A program made the position numbers and the translations under genes. A DNA stretch of 63,936 bases, counting the filler, from Octopus bimaculoides (Eukaryota), in assembly GCF_001194135.2 (NCBI RefSeq). It is 5 parts of 5 records of this genome, joined end to end, with 100 filler letters (N's around TTAATTAATTAA, not from the genome) between each part and the next. Parts side by side here need not be neighbours in the genome. Positions count along the whole stretch, not along the records: positions 52,543 to 59,562 come from NC_068994.1; positions 59,663 to 63,936 come from NW_026428227.1; 3 more parts are not named here. One strand, written 5' to 3'. Below the pieces are notes generated by a model that was given only the letters and a program-made list of their open reading frames with translations, did no database searches and was not told the DNA's origin. This document shows positions 52,443 to 63,936 of the stretch, piece by piece (the stretch's first letter is position 1; every line of letters begins with the position of its first letter).

Positions 52443-52542
52443 NNNNNNNNNNNNNNNNNNNNNNNNNNNNNNNNNNNNNNNNNNNNTTAATTAATTAANN
52501 NNNNNNNNNNNNNNNNNNNNNNNNNNNNNNNNNNNNNNNNNN
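52443..52542. other. Artificial scaffold spacer
   Basis: Same layout; 12-mer at 52487-52498. Confidence 0.95.
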
Positions 52543-52760
52543 TATGTGTGTGTATATGTTTGTATGTGTGTGTTTGTCCCCCCTATCATCGCTTGACAAC
52601 CGATGCTGGTGTGTTTACGTCCCCGTAACTTAGCGGTTCGGCAAATGAGATCGATAGAATAAGTACTAGGCTTCTAAAGAATAAGTCCTGGGGTCGATTT
52701 GCTCGACTAAAGGCGGTGCTCCAGCATGGTCACAGTCAAAAGACTGAAACAAGTAAAAGA
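52543..52760 (+). mobile_element. SINE family B, 3' half
   Basis: Matches the 3' half of 41421-41815; 5' part cut by the scaffold spacer. Confidence 0.75.
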
Positions 52761-52781
52761 ATGTATGTATGTATGTATGTA

Positions 52782-52824
<43 letters not shown>

Positions 52825-52836
52825 GTATCTCTCTCG

Positions 52837-52887
<51 letters not shown>

Positions 52888-53031
52888 TGTAGGTATGTAT
52901 ACATACATCAATATATAATATATGTGCTTATATATGTACACACACACACACATACACACACACATATATATATATATTTATAAACATACATGTAATTACA
53001 TACATATGCATACATACATACACACACACAC

Positions 53032-53079
<48 letters not shown>

Positions 53080-53429
53080 TATAGATATCTATCGATCCAT
53101 TAAGAGAAAAGGACCATCTGCTGGCAGTTATCAATATTTCTTTTCTTTCGCGCTCACCCTGACTCTTCTTCTCTGGTCTATTCACATTTTCACTTCAATG
53201 TTTCTCTCTCTCTCTCTCCCTCTCTCTCTCTCTCTTTGTCTCTCTTTCACTCATTCTAATTCTTTCCATCTTTGTTTGCTCCTCCTTTGCTAAATACATA
53301 AGCCCTCCCACTTTCCCCTTCATACGTACACACGCACACACACACACACATACGTGCTCGCACACACACACACACACATATATATAGTTAATTAAAAATA
53401 GAGAAAAAAAAGACAGTAAGGAAAAATCA

Positions 53430-53765
53430 ACAACGTGAGGACGTGGTACAGCGGAACTTGCGCTTTCCGTTCTCTACGATAGCATTGTTCACTCTGCTCT
53501 GTACTCGTCTTTTCTCATTTCAAATGTCCTCTCGCAATGGTATTCGTAACATAGATCTTTCCATGGCTCTTTGCGTTGTAGCCAATCAATATTCTATCCT
53601 CTTCGTAGTAGCCCACGTCTCACCTGAGAGCGCAGATAGGACGGTGCTATCGAAGAGCACACATGATAATATCTAAGTTTGTTTGGAGCGCATCCTTTGT
53701 CGAGTTAAATGTCTTCCTTCCTGCCCTTATTCTTTTTGAGATTTCAGCATCCACATCTCGTGAAA
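53430..53765 (-). mobile_element. RTE-clade LINE fragment
   Basis: DVDAEISKRIRAGRKTFNSTKDALQTNL followed in another frame by RAMERSMLRIPL. Confidence 0.7.
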
Positions 53766-53798
53766 TGTATGTATGATTATTGATAGAGTGAAAGCCGT

Positions 53799-54106
53799 GG
53801 AGGCGCAATGGCCCAGTTGGTAGGGCAGCAGACTCGCGGTCATAGGATCGCGGTTTCGATTCCCATACCGGGCGTTGTGAATGTTTATTGAGCGAAAACA
53901 CCTAAAGCGCCACGAGGCTCCGGTAGGGGATGGTGGCGAACCCTGCTGTACACTTTCACCACAACTTTCTTTCACTCTTACTTCCTGTTTCTGTTGTACC
54001 TGTAATTCAAAGGGTCAGCCTTGTCACACTGTGTCTCGCTGAATATCCCCCGAGAACTACGTTAAGGGTACACGTGTCTGTGGAGTGCTCAGCCACTTGC
54101 ACGCTA
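53799..54106 (+). mobile_element. tRNA-derived SINE, family C (3'-truncated)
   Basis: Head GGAGGCGCAATGGCCCAGTTGGTAGG...GGTTTCGATTCCC with A/B boxes; body matches 24343-24680. Confidence 0.8.
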
Positions 54107-54737
54107 AACAAGAGTGAAAGCCACGCAGTGTCCTGTGATTTCAGCCCGGGCAAGAATTTTCGGACGAGTGTAGATTTCAGAAAAAGTCTATTGAAATTCG
54201 ATTTGATGAACTTTGATTCGACTTGAAGGTTCTTGGAATATATGTATATGGTGTAGAGTTTCTTCGGAGTTGCTGATCTTATTTTTATTCTTTTTAATCA
54301 GTTAAAGTAGTTGGTATTTGCGTATATGTTTCCTCTCTATCGTCCCGATCATTTTCTGTGTATGAAAGAGAGACGAGGATGTGTGATTCTTATAAATCTG
54401 GACAACTGACAGTTTTATTAACAAAGGAGATAGACCGCTGTTAGATCCAACTGGTTACTAACTAATAAGAATGAGAAAAAGCAACTCACTCGCACCACAC
54501 AACACAATCCCAATTCCTCACACAATCCAAACATACTCAGGCTAAACTCACGACCCATAAATACAAAATCCATTTCTCAAATCTCCATAATCCAAACATT
54601 TCTGTTCATGGTGAAATTAATGACCATTGTGAAAACCATGAATCTTCCAGTTCGTATAAGGAATCTTTTGCTCAATAAAAAGTGTTGAGTTCTTTGATTC
54701 TAAAAGTGGTATTAATACGGAGTGTATCGTAATTACT

Positions 54738-54805
<68 letters not shown>

Positions 54806-54949
54806 NNNNNNNNNNNNNNNNNNNNNNNNNNNNNNNNNNNNNNNNNNNNNNNNNNNNNNNNNNNNNNNNNNNNNNNNNNNNNNNNNNNNNNNNNNNNNNN
54901 NNNNNNNNNNNNNNNNNNNNNNNNNNNNNNNNNNNNNNNNNNNNNNNNN

Positions 54950-54993
<44 letters not shown>

Positions 54994-55209
54994 TTGATAG
55001 GTACACAGAGAGGACTCGCATATGTGTGTGTGTATACATATATACATATATATACATGCTTACATATACATACATATACACACACACATGCATATTTGCG
55101 TGCATGTATATACATATATATGTACACATATAAATACGAATATAAATATGTGTGTGTGTATGTGAGTTTATAAATATATATACTCACACACGTATAAATA
55201 CACACACAC

Positions 55210-55270
<61 letters not shown>

Positions 55271-55675
55271 AAAGAAAGAAAGAGAGAGAGAGTGTGTGGG
55301 GGGGGGAGACAAACATACACACATGTACGCTCACATATGATTGAGAGACTGTTCATGTGTGTCAATGCATTCCTACTGCTGTTACTGTAATCTGTTGATA
55401 TTTATGAAAATATGCACTTATATAAAATCATATTTATACATACATACACGCAGGCACATAAATATGTGTGTGTATGTGTATATATATTTATATATATATG
55501 TATATGTATGTAAGTATGTGTGCATCTGCATGCGCGCGTGCCTACACATGTGTGTATGTATGCATAGCTGCATGGATAAATATGTCTGAGTATGTGTCTA
55601 GGCCGGGTGGTAGGAAAATGGTAAGTAAACAAAAGAATAATAATAATAATAATGATAATAATGATAATAATAATA

Positions 55676-55713
<38 letters not shown>

Positions 55714-56517
55714 AATAATAATAATAATAAAATAAGCTTGATTGATTTTCCGGTTTTGTATAACACAGCGACACCAGCTCAACATTCCAACACATTCCAA
55801 AAATCCCAGTTTCACATTTCTAGGATCCAAGCGGGGATTATTTTCGTTTTAAATGATATGTATATATGTATGTATATATGTATGTATGTATGTATGTGTG
55901 TGTGTATATACGCCGCACGAAATGCGTTTACTTGGGTGAGGAAGAGGAGCGGGAAAATGAAAGGAGGGAAAAGCATAGATGGAAAATGAGGGAGACGGTT
56001 GGTTGATACGCTAGTCATGAATCGAGCAAGGGACGGAAAGAGATATATATATAGATAGAGAGAGAGAGAAAAAGAACGAGCGAAAGAGAAAGAGAGANNN
56101 NNNNNNNNNNNNNNNNNNNNNNNNNNNNNNNNNNNNNNNNNNNNNNNNNNNNNNNNNNNNNNNNNNNNNNNNNNNNNNNNNNNNNNNNNNNNNNNNNNNN
56201 NNNNNNNNNNNNNNNNNNNNNNNNNNNNNNNNNNNNNNNNNNNNNNNNNNNNNNNNNNNNNNNNNNNNNNNNNNNNNNNNNNNNNNNNNNNNNNNNNNNN
56301 NNNNNNNNNNNNNNNNNNNNNNNNNNNNNNNNNNNNNNNNNNNNNNNNNNNNNNNNNNNNNNNNNNNNNNNNNNNNNNNNNNNNNNNNNNNNNNNNNNNN
56401 NNNNNNNNNNNNNNNNNNNNNNNNNNNNNNNNNNNNNNNNNNNNNNNNNNNNNNNNNNNNNNNNNNNNNNNNNNNNNNNNNNNNNNNNNNNNNNNNNNNN
56501 NNNNNNNNNNNNNNNNN

Positions 56518-56557
<40 letters not shown>

Positions 56558-57324
56558 ATAAAAATATATTATCTAATATATGAAATATATATATATACGT
56601 GAGTGTGTATATACATAATATATAATATATTATACATGTGTGTGCATGCATGTGTGTGTGTGTGGATTGTAACTACATATGAATATTCATACACACACAC
56701 ACACACGCACAAACACGCACAAACACGCACGCTCACGCACACATAACACATGTCCACACATACGTGTGTATAATGTATGTATGCATATATGTATATATAT
56801 ATAGACTATAGATGTATGTCTAAATGCATATATTTGTATGTATGTATGTCTATATAAACACTTGCACGCGCGCACACACACACACACACAAACACGCACC
56901 CTCACGCACACATAACACATGTCCACACATAGTGTATATAAAGTATGTATATATATGTATGTATACAGACGTATAGATGTATGTCTAAACGCATATATAT
57001 GGATGTATGCATGTATGTATGTATGTATGTATGTTTATATACACACTTACACGCACGCACACACACACACACACATATGTAGGGACAGAGAAAGAGAGTG
57101 TGTGAGAGTGAGAGAGGGGTATAGAATCCAGTGATGGTGACCGGGTGGGGGTGGGGATGGTGATGGTGGCAGTAGGGTGTCGGGTGGTGGTGGTGGGCGG
57201 AGTGGTTATATCAGATTACAGAAAGAAATCAGTAAATAAATACGAACGTAATTCCTTTCCCATCCCAGGATTATTTCATGCTAGGTATCATAATCACTGT
57301 TATCTCTGCTATTGCTTTCGCCGT

Positions 57325-57700
57325 CGCCACCACCACCACCACCACCACCACCGCCGCCGTCACACCACCACCNNNNNNNNNNNNNNNNNNNNNNNNNNNN
57401 NNNNNNNNNNNNNNNNNNNNNNNNNNNNNNNNNNNCACACCGCCGCCTCACCACAAGCATCACTGCCACCGCCACGCCACCACAAGCATCGCTAAATATT
57501 TCCACCAGAACCAGCACCAGCAACAACAGCCATATCATCAATGTTACCACCACCACTGCAACAATGTCAACATCAAACTTCCCCACCGTCACCACTACCA
57601 CCACCTCCACCACCACCACCACCACCACCACCACCACCAGTCTCATCACCAATATTGCCACCCCCAGCACCACTACCACCACCGCCATATATCAACACCA
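57325..57700. repeat. (CAC)n-rich low-complexity tract
   Basis: Directly visible; poly-H/T/P ORFs in all frames are a by-product. Confidence 0.9.
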
Positions 57701-59527
57701 CCAACCAACAGCCTCATCATCCCATTCCAAGCTGGGAACATCTACATGGTCATTCAGTCTGCTAGAAATTGTAGCAATCCCCGTTATATCACACCCGACC
57801 ATATTATGAAAGGGAAAGACACATTGCATAACGTAGTCCTAAACAAAATATATATATATAAAGAAAAATAGATGGGGTGGTCAGAATTGGATACCTTTTG
57901 ATCATCGGTCAACTCAACATGAGCTGATCTGAAGCTAAACAGCAATAACACAAAAATACGAACCAATAAAGCAGTTTCTACGCCTAAACTCAATCTGCTA
58001 CTTATAGCAGCCAAATTTAACTCAAGCACAACGGCCCTCAACCTATGGACCCCTTTGATCCTTATTTTACTTGGATGGACCCTCGCAGCCATCTCAAATT
58101 TTTAAAAAATCCTATTGTATTTTTATAATTAAGTATCATTAAGAATTAATAACCTGTAGGAACATTGTATTTAGTTATGCAACCACAATATTCTACAAAA
58201 TATATTAAACGCTTTTATAAGTCAATACTGTGTTCTATTGTGTTAGCAGTGCTATTACATTATTAAGATTGTGCTCCTTCATCTCTCCACGCCACCGATG
58301 TTATCCAAGGGAAAGGCAAAGGGACCGATACAGCTTGGCACCAGTGACGTCGCAACTCATTTCTACAGCTGAGTGAACTGGAGCAACGTGAAATAAAGTG
58401 TCACGCTGTTTGATATGTAGTAGATTATGTGGTTATTATCAGGTAATCTACTACAGATAACACACAAAGGTGCGCACGCGCACGTATGTCTATGGATATA
58501 TTCCGCGTAACCATTCCACAATAAATCAGAGTAGGGGAAGAACGACGTTCTAGGGAAAATCTGGGAATCGAAGATGACCAACAGGTCGGTTTGCACTAAT
58601 GAAAACCCAACCCAGAAACTGTAGATAACTTATAGGAATTTTTGCTGTTGGGAAAAATTAGGACAATGCCAGGTTTAAAGACATGCTCTACAGGCACGGA
58701 AGTCCAGTCAACCGGGTCAAACAACGAAAGCATCCTGCACGGATTTGTTCAGTAATCAAGCATAGCTGACTTGAGGAATTTTGTGAAATATTCAAGTTCC
58801 TCTACTTTTCTCTTCTGCCAAGTTCCCATTGGCACTTTCAAGTTTTATTTGAAAAAGAAGGTGACGACGGAGAGGGACATACTTTCTCCTTGCTCCAATG
58901 AACTTGGAGGGCGATGGGAGTAGCGAACACGGAAAGAATGAACCGGCAGACCTAATCTAGCCAATCAAAGCATATGTCTGTAAACCAAGAGGTGACAGCT
59001 TAGATATAGCTTTTGTCTTTGGTGCTCAATGCCATCAAGGATCTGCAAAGTTCCTTCTTTCACATCAATTAGCTATCCCAACTTATTAGAACATTGCTTT
59101 ACACGTTTTATACCGTTTTATATCGTCTCCATTGTCTTTCAGCTCTCAAGGTTAATAAACAAATTATTGTTGTTACCTTTTTTTGTTGTTGCTAATGCAG
59201 TGACCGGGTAGAATCCTTAACACGTCGGACAAAATGCTTAGCGGCATTTCTTCCAGCTTATAGCGTTCTCTGTTCAAATTCTGCCGAGGTCGACGTTCAT
59301 CCTTTCTGGGTCGATGAAACAAGTACCAGTTGCGTACTGAGGTCGATGTAATTGACTAATGCCCAAGCTTTGTGCTACAAAGAAAACCCATTATTATTGT
59401 TGGGCTTCTTGTTATTGTTGTCAATTAATTTAATCTTAAACTTATTGTTCTTTTCTAAAAAGACAGAAAAGTAACAACATGATAAAATCGAACTTATTAT
59501 ATGTAGAATGTGTGAATATTTATTTGT

Positions 59528-59562
<35 letters not shown>

Positions 59563-59662
59563 NNNNNNNNNNNNNNNNNNNNNNNNNNNNNNNNNNNNNN
59601 NNNNNNTTAATTAATTAANNNNNNNNNNNNNNNNNNNNNNNNNNNNNNNNNNNNNNNNNNNN
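59563..59662. other. Artificial scaffold spacer
   Basis: Same layout; 12-mer at 59607-59618. Confidence 0.95.
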
Positions 59663-60289
59663 ATCATTTGTTGACGATTTCAAATAATATGGGGAAGAAA
59701 TTCTAAATGAAATTCTTCAGTACATTTATTCACCCCCAGCACTCCCGTAATAGCCTGCCTCCATTACCTCCTTCCCCTTCCATCAACCGATCCCTACTGC
59801 TAAGCTTCATATCTTTTCATCCGACTCCCCCCTTCCTCCACCATCCCCTCCCTGTCTAAATTCTAACCCTAATACTGACCCNNNNNNNNNNATTTCTCTG
59901 CTGCCATATTTTGAGGCTAAAATTTGGTTAATAATACCAACTCTCCTTTAATATTCATGTATAAGGCTTCATACAGTTTCACATTACCATGGCCTTTTAA
60001 TCATTTGTTGACGATTTCAAATAATATGGGGAAGAAATTCTAAATGAAATTCTTCAGTACATTTATTCACCCCCAGCACTCCCGTAATAGCCTGCCTCCA
60101 TTACCTCCTTCCCCTTCCATCAACCGATCCCTACTGCTAAGCTTCATANNNNNNNNNNNNNNNNNNNNNNNNNNNNNNNNNNNNNNNNNNNNNNNNNNNC
60201 TTTTCATCCGACTCCCCCCTTCCTCCACCATCCCCTCCCTGTCTAAATTCTAACCCTAATACTGACCCCACTGATGCTGCCAGTTCACA

Positions 60290-60610
60290 TCCAAGCTGTC
60301 TTCTCAGCCCCCATACAAATCGCTATTTGAAGACCATCGAATGTCACTTGTGTAATCCATCACAGGAGTTGCATTTGCATTACTAAGGTCCAAGCTGAAG
60401 GTTTTTCAAATTGGACACGCATCCACTGCCACTTCAGCCCCAACATACTTCACAGGGCAGAACCTTGCTCTGATGTCCAGATTCATGTTGAGGATTTTGC
60501 TGCTACCATCCAGATATCCGTGACTGCAATCCAGTCATGAACACTTCACTCCATCTGGTTACTGTATATCATTATGTATGCTTTACCAGAAGTCCTTGAG
60601 AAACATGTGT
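60290..60610 (+). mobile_element. Possible very old CR1/L2-like LINE remnant
   Basis: Only weak, broken peptide resemblance to CR1/L2 3' coding ends; no continuous frame. Confidence 0.3.
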
Positions 60611-63519
60611 TTGGTTAGAATTATAATCAAATATATTCACTCATGTTAAAGCCCTGGTCATACATACACAAATGTGCCCCACTGGTTTTCTTTTCTGATG
60701 ACTTCCAATAAAATTGATTCCAGTAAAATTGGAATTAGTTGTAAACATTTTTTTCACAGGAGCGAGAGAGGAGGTTCAGGAAATTTAAAAAAGTCAGCTA
60801 TGTGTCCTCATGTCCTTTTAAAAGATGTGTATCTTGAAATGAAAATTTCTACAAATGCATTTCAGAGGGTGTAGCTTACGATTATATCTGAATTTAATAT
60901 GAGAATAAAAATTAGTTCCATAGCACAAATACGTATTGAAACACGTCACATTTAAAAAAAAATTTATTTCACAACAAATTCCAAGATAATCGAAAAATAT
61001 GAAATGTATTTGTAGAAAATTTCATTAAAAATTATACATTTTTCTGAATGTTATAAAGGGAAATGTTTGGGGCACATATGTGTAGGTATGCTGCAGCCAA
61101 CTCATGCCAGTTACTGTATATCATTAGACATGCATTACCTGAAGTCCATGTATTTCTTGAAATGATTAGAGGAGATACATAGACAATCTGTGCCATCTCA
61201 GCCAAGTGTTTTCTACTACAGCCACTATAGCTTCTATTATAGAGTGACCTAGGTCTTGTGAAGGGAATTAGCGATAGGAAACTAAAAGAAGCTTGTTGAA
61301 TGTGCATGGGTACATGTGTTTGAGTCTCTTTGTGTTGATGTTGGGCGATATGAACACATGGGTCATACAAGTGTATGGTTCCAATCTTCTATACAAACCA
61401 TGTCTGGTCATGGGGAAGTATTACCTTCTTGACGAGAAGGGCATCTGGCCTTAGAAAATTAGCCTCAACGAATTCTGGCTAACCCTTTTAAGCATGGTAA
61501 ACCGGATTTTAAAATGATGAAGATAATGATAATTTAACATGCATAGGCAATGTTCCAGTTACTGATCTCGTTTACAAGCCACTGCTCAGCCAGTGGCCAA
61601 AGTGGAAAACTCTGGAAAATGGTACTGGATAGAGGAATGGAACCCAAGGCTACTGGGTTACAAAGCAAACTTCATTATCACGCAGCCAAATATGCTCTTT
61701 ATATAAATACTAATTTAGTCAAAACTGAAGTTTCACACCATTTTCATTCTAAATTTTAGCATTTTTGTTCTTTATTGACCATATAAAGAATGAAAATAAG
61801 AGAAAGAACTCAAGAAACCTCTATTGTGTGCTTACATAGATACATAATGTTTCTTATGCTACTGCAATCACTAAAGCTGTACTACGAACACAAGGGACTT
61901 AACTGTGCAGATCTCTGTGTAACTGACACCAGGTGTTAACTGATCATTATGTGTCTCTGTCACTGTCCATTTATTGTTTATCTGCTGTAAAAACACTCTG
62001 GCCATTTGCTTGGAATACTTTTCTTCTGTGTCCAGACTGATGTCTATCTGCCATTTCTCTGTAGTTGTTAAAATGCACTGAATATATTGTGGTGGTCATG
62101 CTCAGAAAAAAGCAGACAGAAGATGAAATTATTGTTAGATCCAATTCCACATAAAATCTTAAATGGTGACATTTTTTAATGTCATTGGTAATATTCTAGT
62201 GAGTAGCAATTATCTTGTTGAGTTGGTTTCCTTTTCCCAGATATAGTAATCTTGGTTTCTTTCTTAAATAATCCTGCATCACAAATGAAAGAGGAGAATG
62301 TCAACTTTCAACAACGTGATGAAATGATACAAGACTGGCTTGCACTGTGTGCCATGTTGAAGTGCCTTAATATCAGTATCCTGTGATATGACAGAACTGA
62401 AACCAGATATAAGAGTCTGTTTCCATACAGGATATTTGATGAATATTAAATTCTTAATTTAGTAAAATTGAAATTGAGGCAAAAGACAAGGAGAGAAAGA
62501 GAAAGACAGAGAGAAAGAGAGAAAGAAAGAGAGAGAGAGAGAAACCACTACAGATATAGATACAGATGCATACACATACTTATATATACACAGATCTAGA
62601 TATATAAATATATAGAAATATATACATCAGTCCACTTATGCAAGCATGAATACATGCACACACACATAAAGATTCATGCACACACCTGGTAGTATAGNNN
62701 NNNNNNNNNNNNNNNNNNNNNNNNNNNNNNNNNNNNNNNNNNNNNNNNNNNNNNNNNNNNNNNNNNNNNNNNNNNNNNNNNNNNNNNNNNNNNNNNNNNN
62801 NNNNNNNNNNNNNNNNNNNNNNNNNNNNNNCATGAATACATGCACACACACATAAAGATTCATGCACACACCTGGTAGTATAGAATGAAACAGGAATCTA
62901 CACCAATGAGTTAAAGGGGAGTTTAGAAATACAAAATAATTAATTACAAAAGGCAATCAGAAAAGAAAGAAAACATTAATAAAAATAGTTTATAATAATA
63001 ATTATAATTGAAATCATGCATACCTACACACTCACACATATATATATATGTAAATATATGTGTGTATGTGTGTGTGTGTATACATACATATATGTATACA
63101 TTTATACACATATGCACACACACACACACACACATACACACACACACACACACACATAGACACAAAAATAAACACATATATATAGATGTGAACAAGTATT
63201 CAATAGAAGCATATATATATCTTAGTATATCAATGATTACACAAATAGAAAAGCAATTCTGCAAACACTTCCATTAGATTAAATTTGCCACCTATATTAA
63301 CGATACTAAATGAAGCAATGAGCTGACAGAATCATTAGCGTGCTGGAGGAAATGCTTAGCAGCATTTCACCCATTGCTGTGTTCTGAGTTCAAATCCTGC
63401 TTAAATCGACTTTACCTTTCATCCTTTCTGGGATATATTGAATATATCCGGAGTATTAAAACTAGGATTGTAATTTACTAAGTATAGTTATAATGATAAA
63501 TATAAATCTATGTATATTT

Positions 63520-63936
63520 AGTAGTGCCGAAAAGATTTGTATTAATGAAACGGCCCATGTGTTCATTTCCCTGATTTTGTTTTTTCCATCGAGTCTACTT
63601 CCCACAATTAACTTGGTTCTTCTGAGATATTCTTGCCTACAGATATTCTTGTTGTTGTTGTTGTTGTTTTTTCTTCTTTCTTCATATTTGCTTTCCATTT
63701 CTCACCGAGTGTTTTCCGTACACCTAGGGCAGAGAAGCTCATTGTATGCATTCCTAGTTTACACATGCAAATTCACAGGTAAAATATGTATTTTAAAAAG
63801 ATAAATAAATTCATGAATGGATGTTGTTTGCACAGCCATTTTGCTCTTCTCAGCACATGAGTTGTTCCAGTTAACATGATTTTTCACACTTCCTGTAGGG
63901 ATGGTAAGCCAGGTATCATTTTCAAATAGGTTTCAG
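63520..63936 (-). mobile_element. Two R4/Dong-like LINE fragments
   Basis: 63540-63730: QEYLRRTKLIVGSRLDGKNKIREMNTWAVSLI (RT C-terminal motif), interrupted by (GTT)n. 63820-63936: YLKMIPGLPSLQEV*KIMLTGTTHVLRR (RLE C-terminus). Confidence 0.7.

Noticed and set aside
57145-57871. Poly-His/Thr/Pro or (55402-55989) poly-Asn/Asp proteins
   Set aside because: Trinucleotide microsatellites open in several frames and on both strands; no splice or domain support.

Overview
Eukaryotic, AT-rich, microsatellite- and gap-rich genomic DNA. The dominant tRNA-derived SINE families match my recollection of Octopus (coleoid cephalopod) repeats, so the taxon is an inference. Four identical 100-nt spacers (44 N + TTAATTAATTAA + 44 N) split the window into five joined blocks whose adjacency and orientation may be assembly-imposed. 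Only one convincing host coding exon is visible: a minus-strand exon at 48157-48329 encoding the first half of a LIM zinc finger, resembling the hillarin/LTD-1 N-terminus. Its partner exon is not in the called sequence. The rest is intronic or intergenic: many SINEs, decayed LINEs (R4/Dong-type RLE, RTE, Penelope-like), a deleted mariner and several MITEs. The most striking structure, about 1 kb upstream of the LIM exon, is a triple nest. A TTAGGG-carrying element with GGTAA termini and an 8-bp target duplication (Merlin-like hallmarks) has inserted into another copy of its own family, which itself sits inside the arm of an unrelated MITE. No prokaryotic-type system, CRISPR array, rRNA or intact tRNA is supported, and nearly all long ORFs in the track are artefacts of microsatellites and N runs. 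Edges of degenerate repeats are approximate (about +/-20-50 nt).
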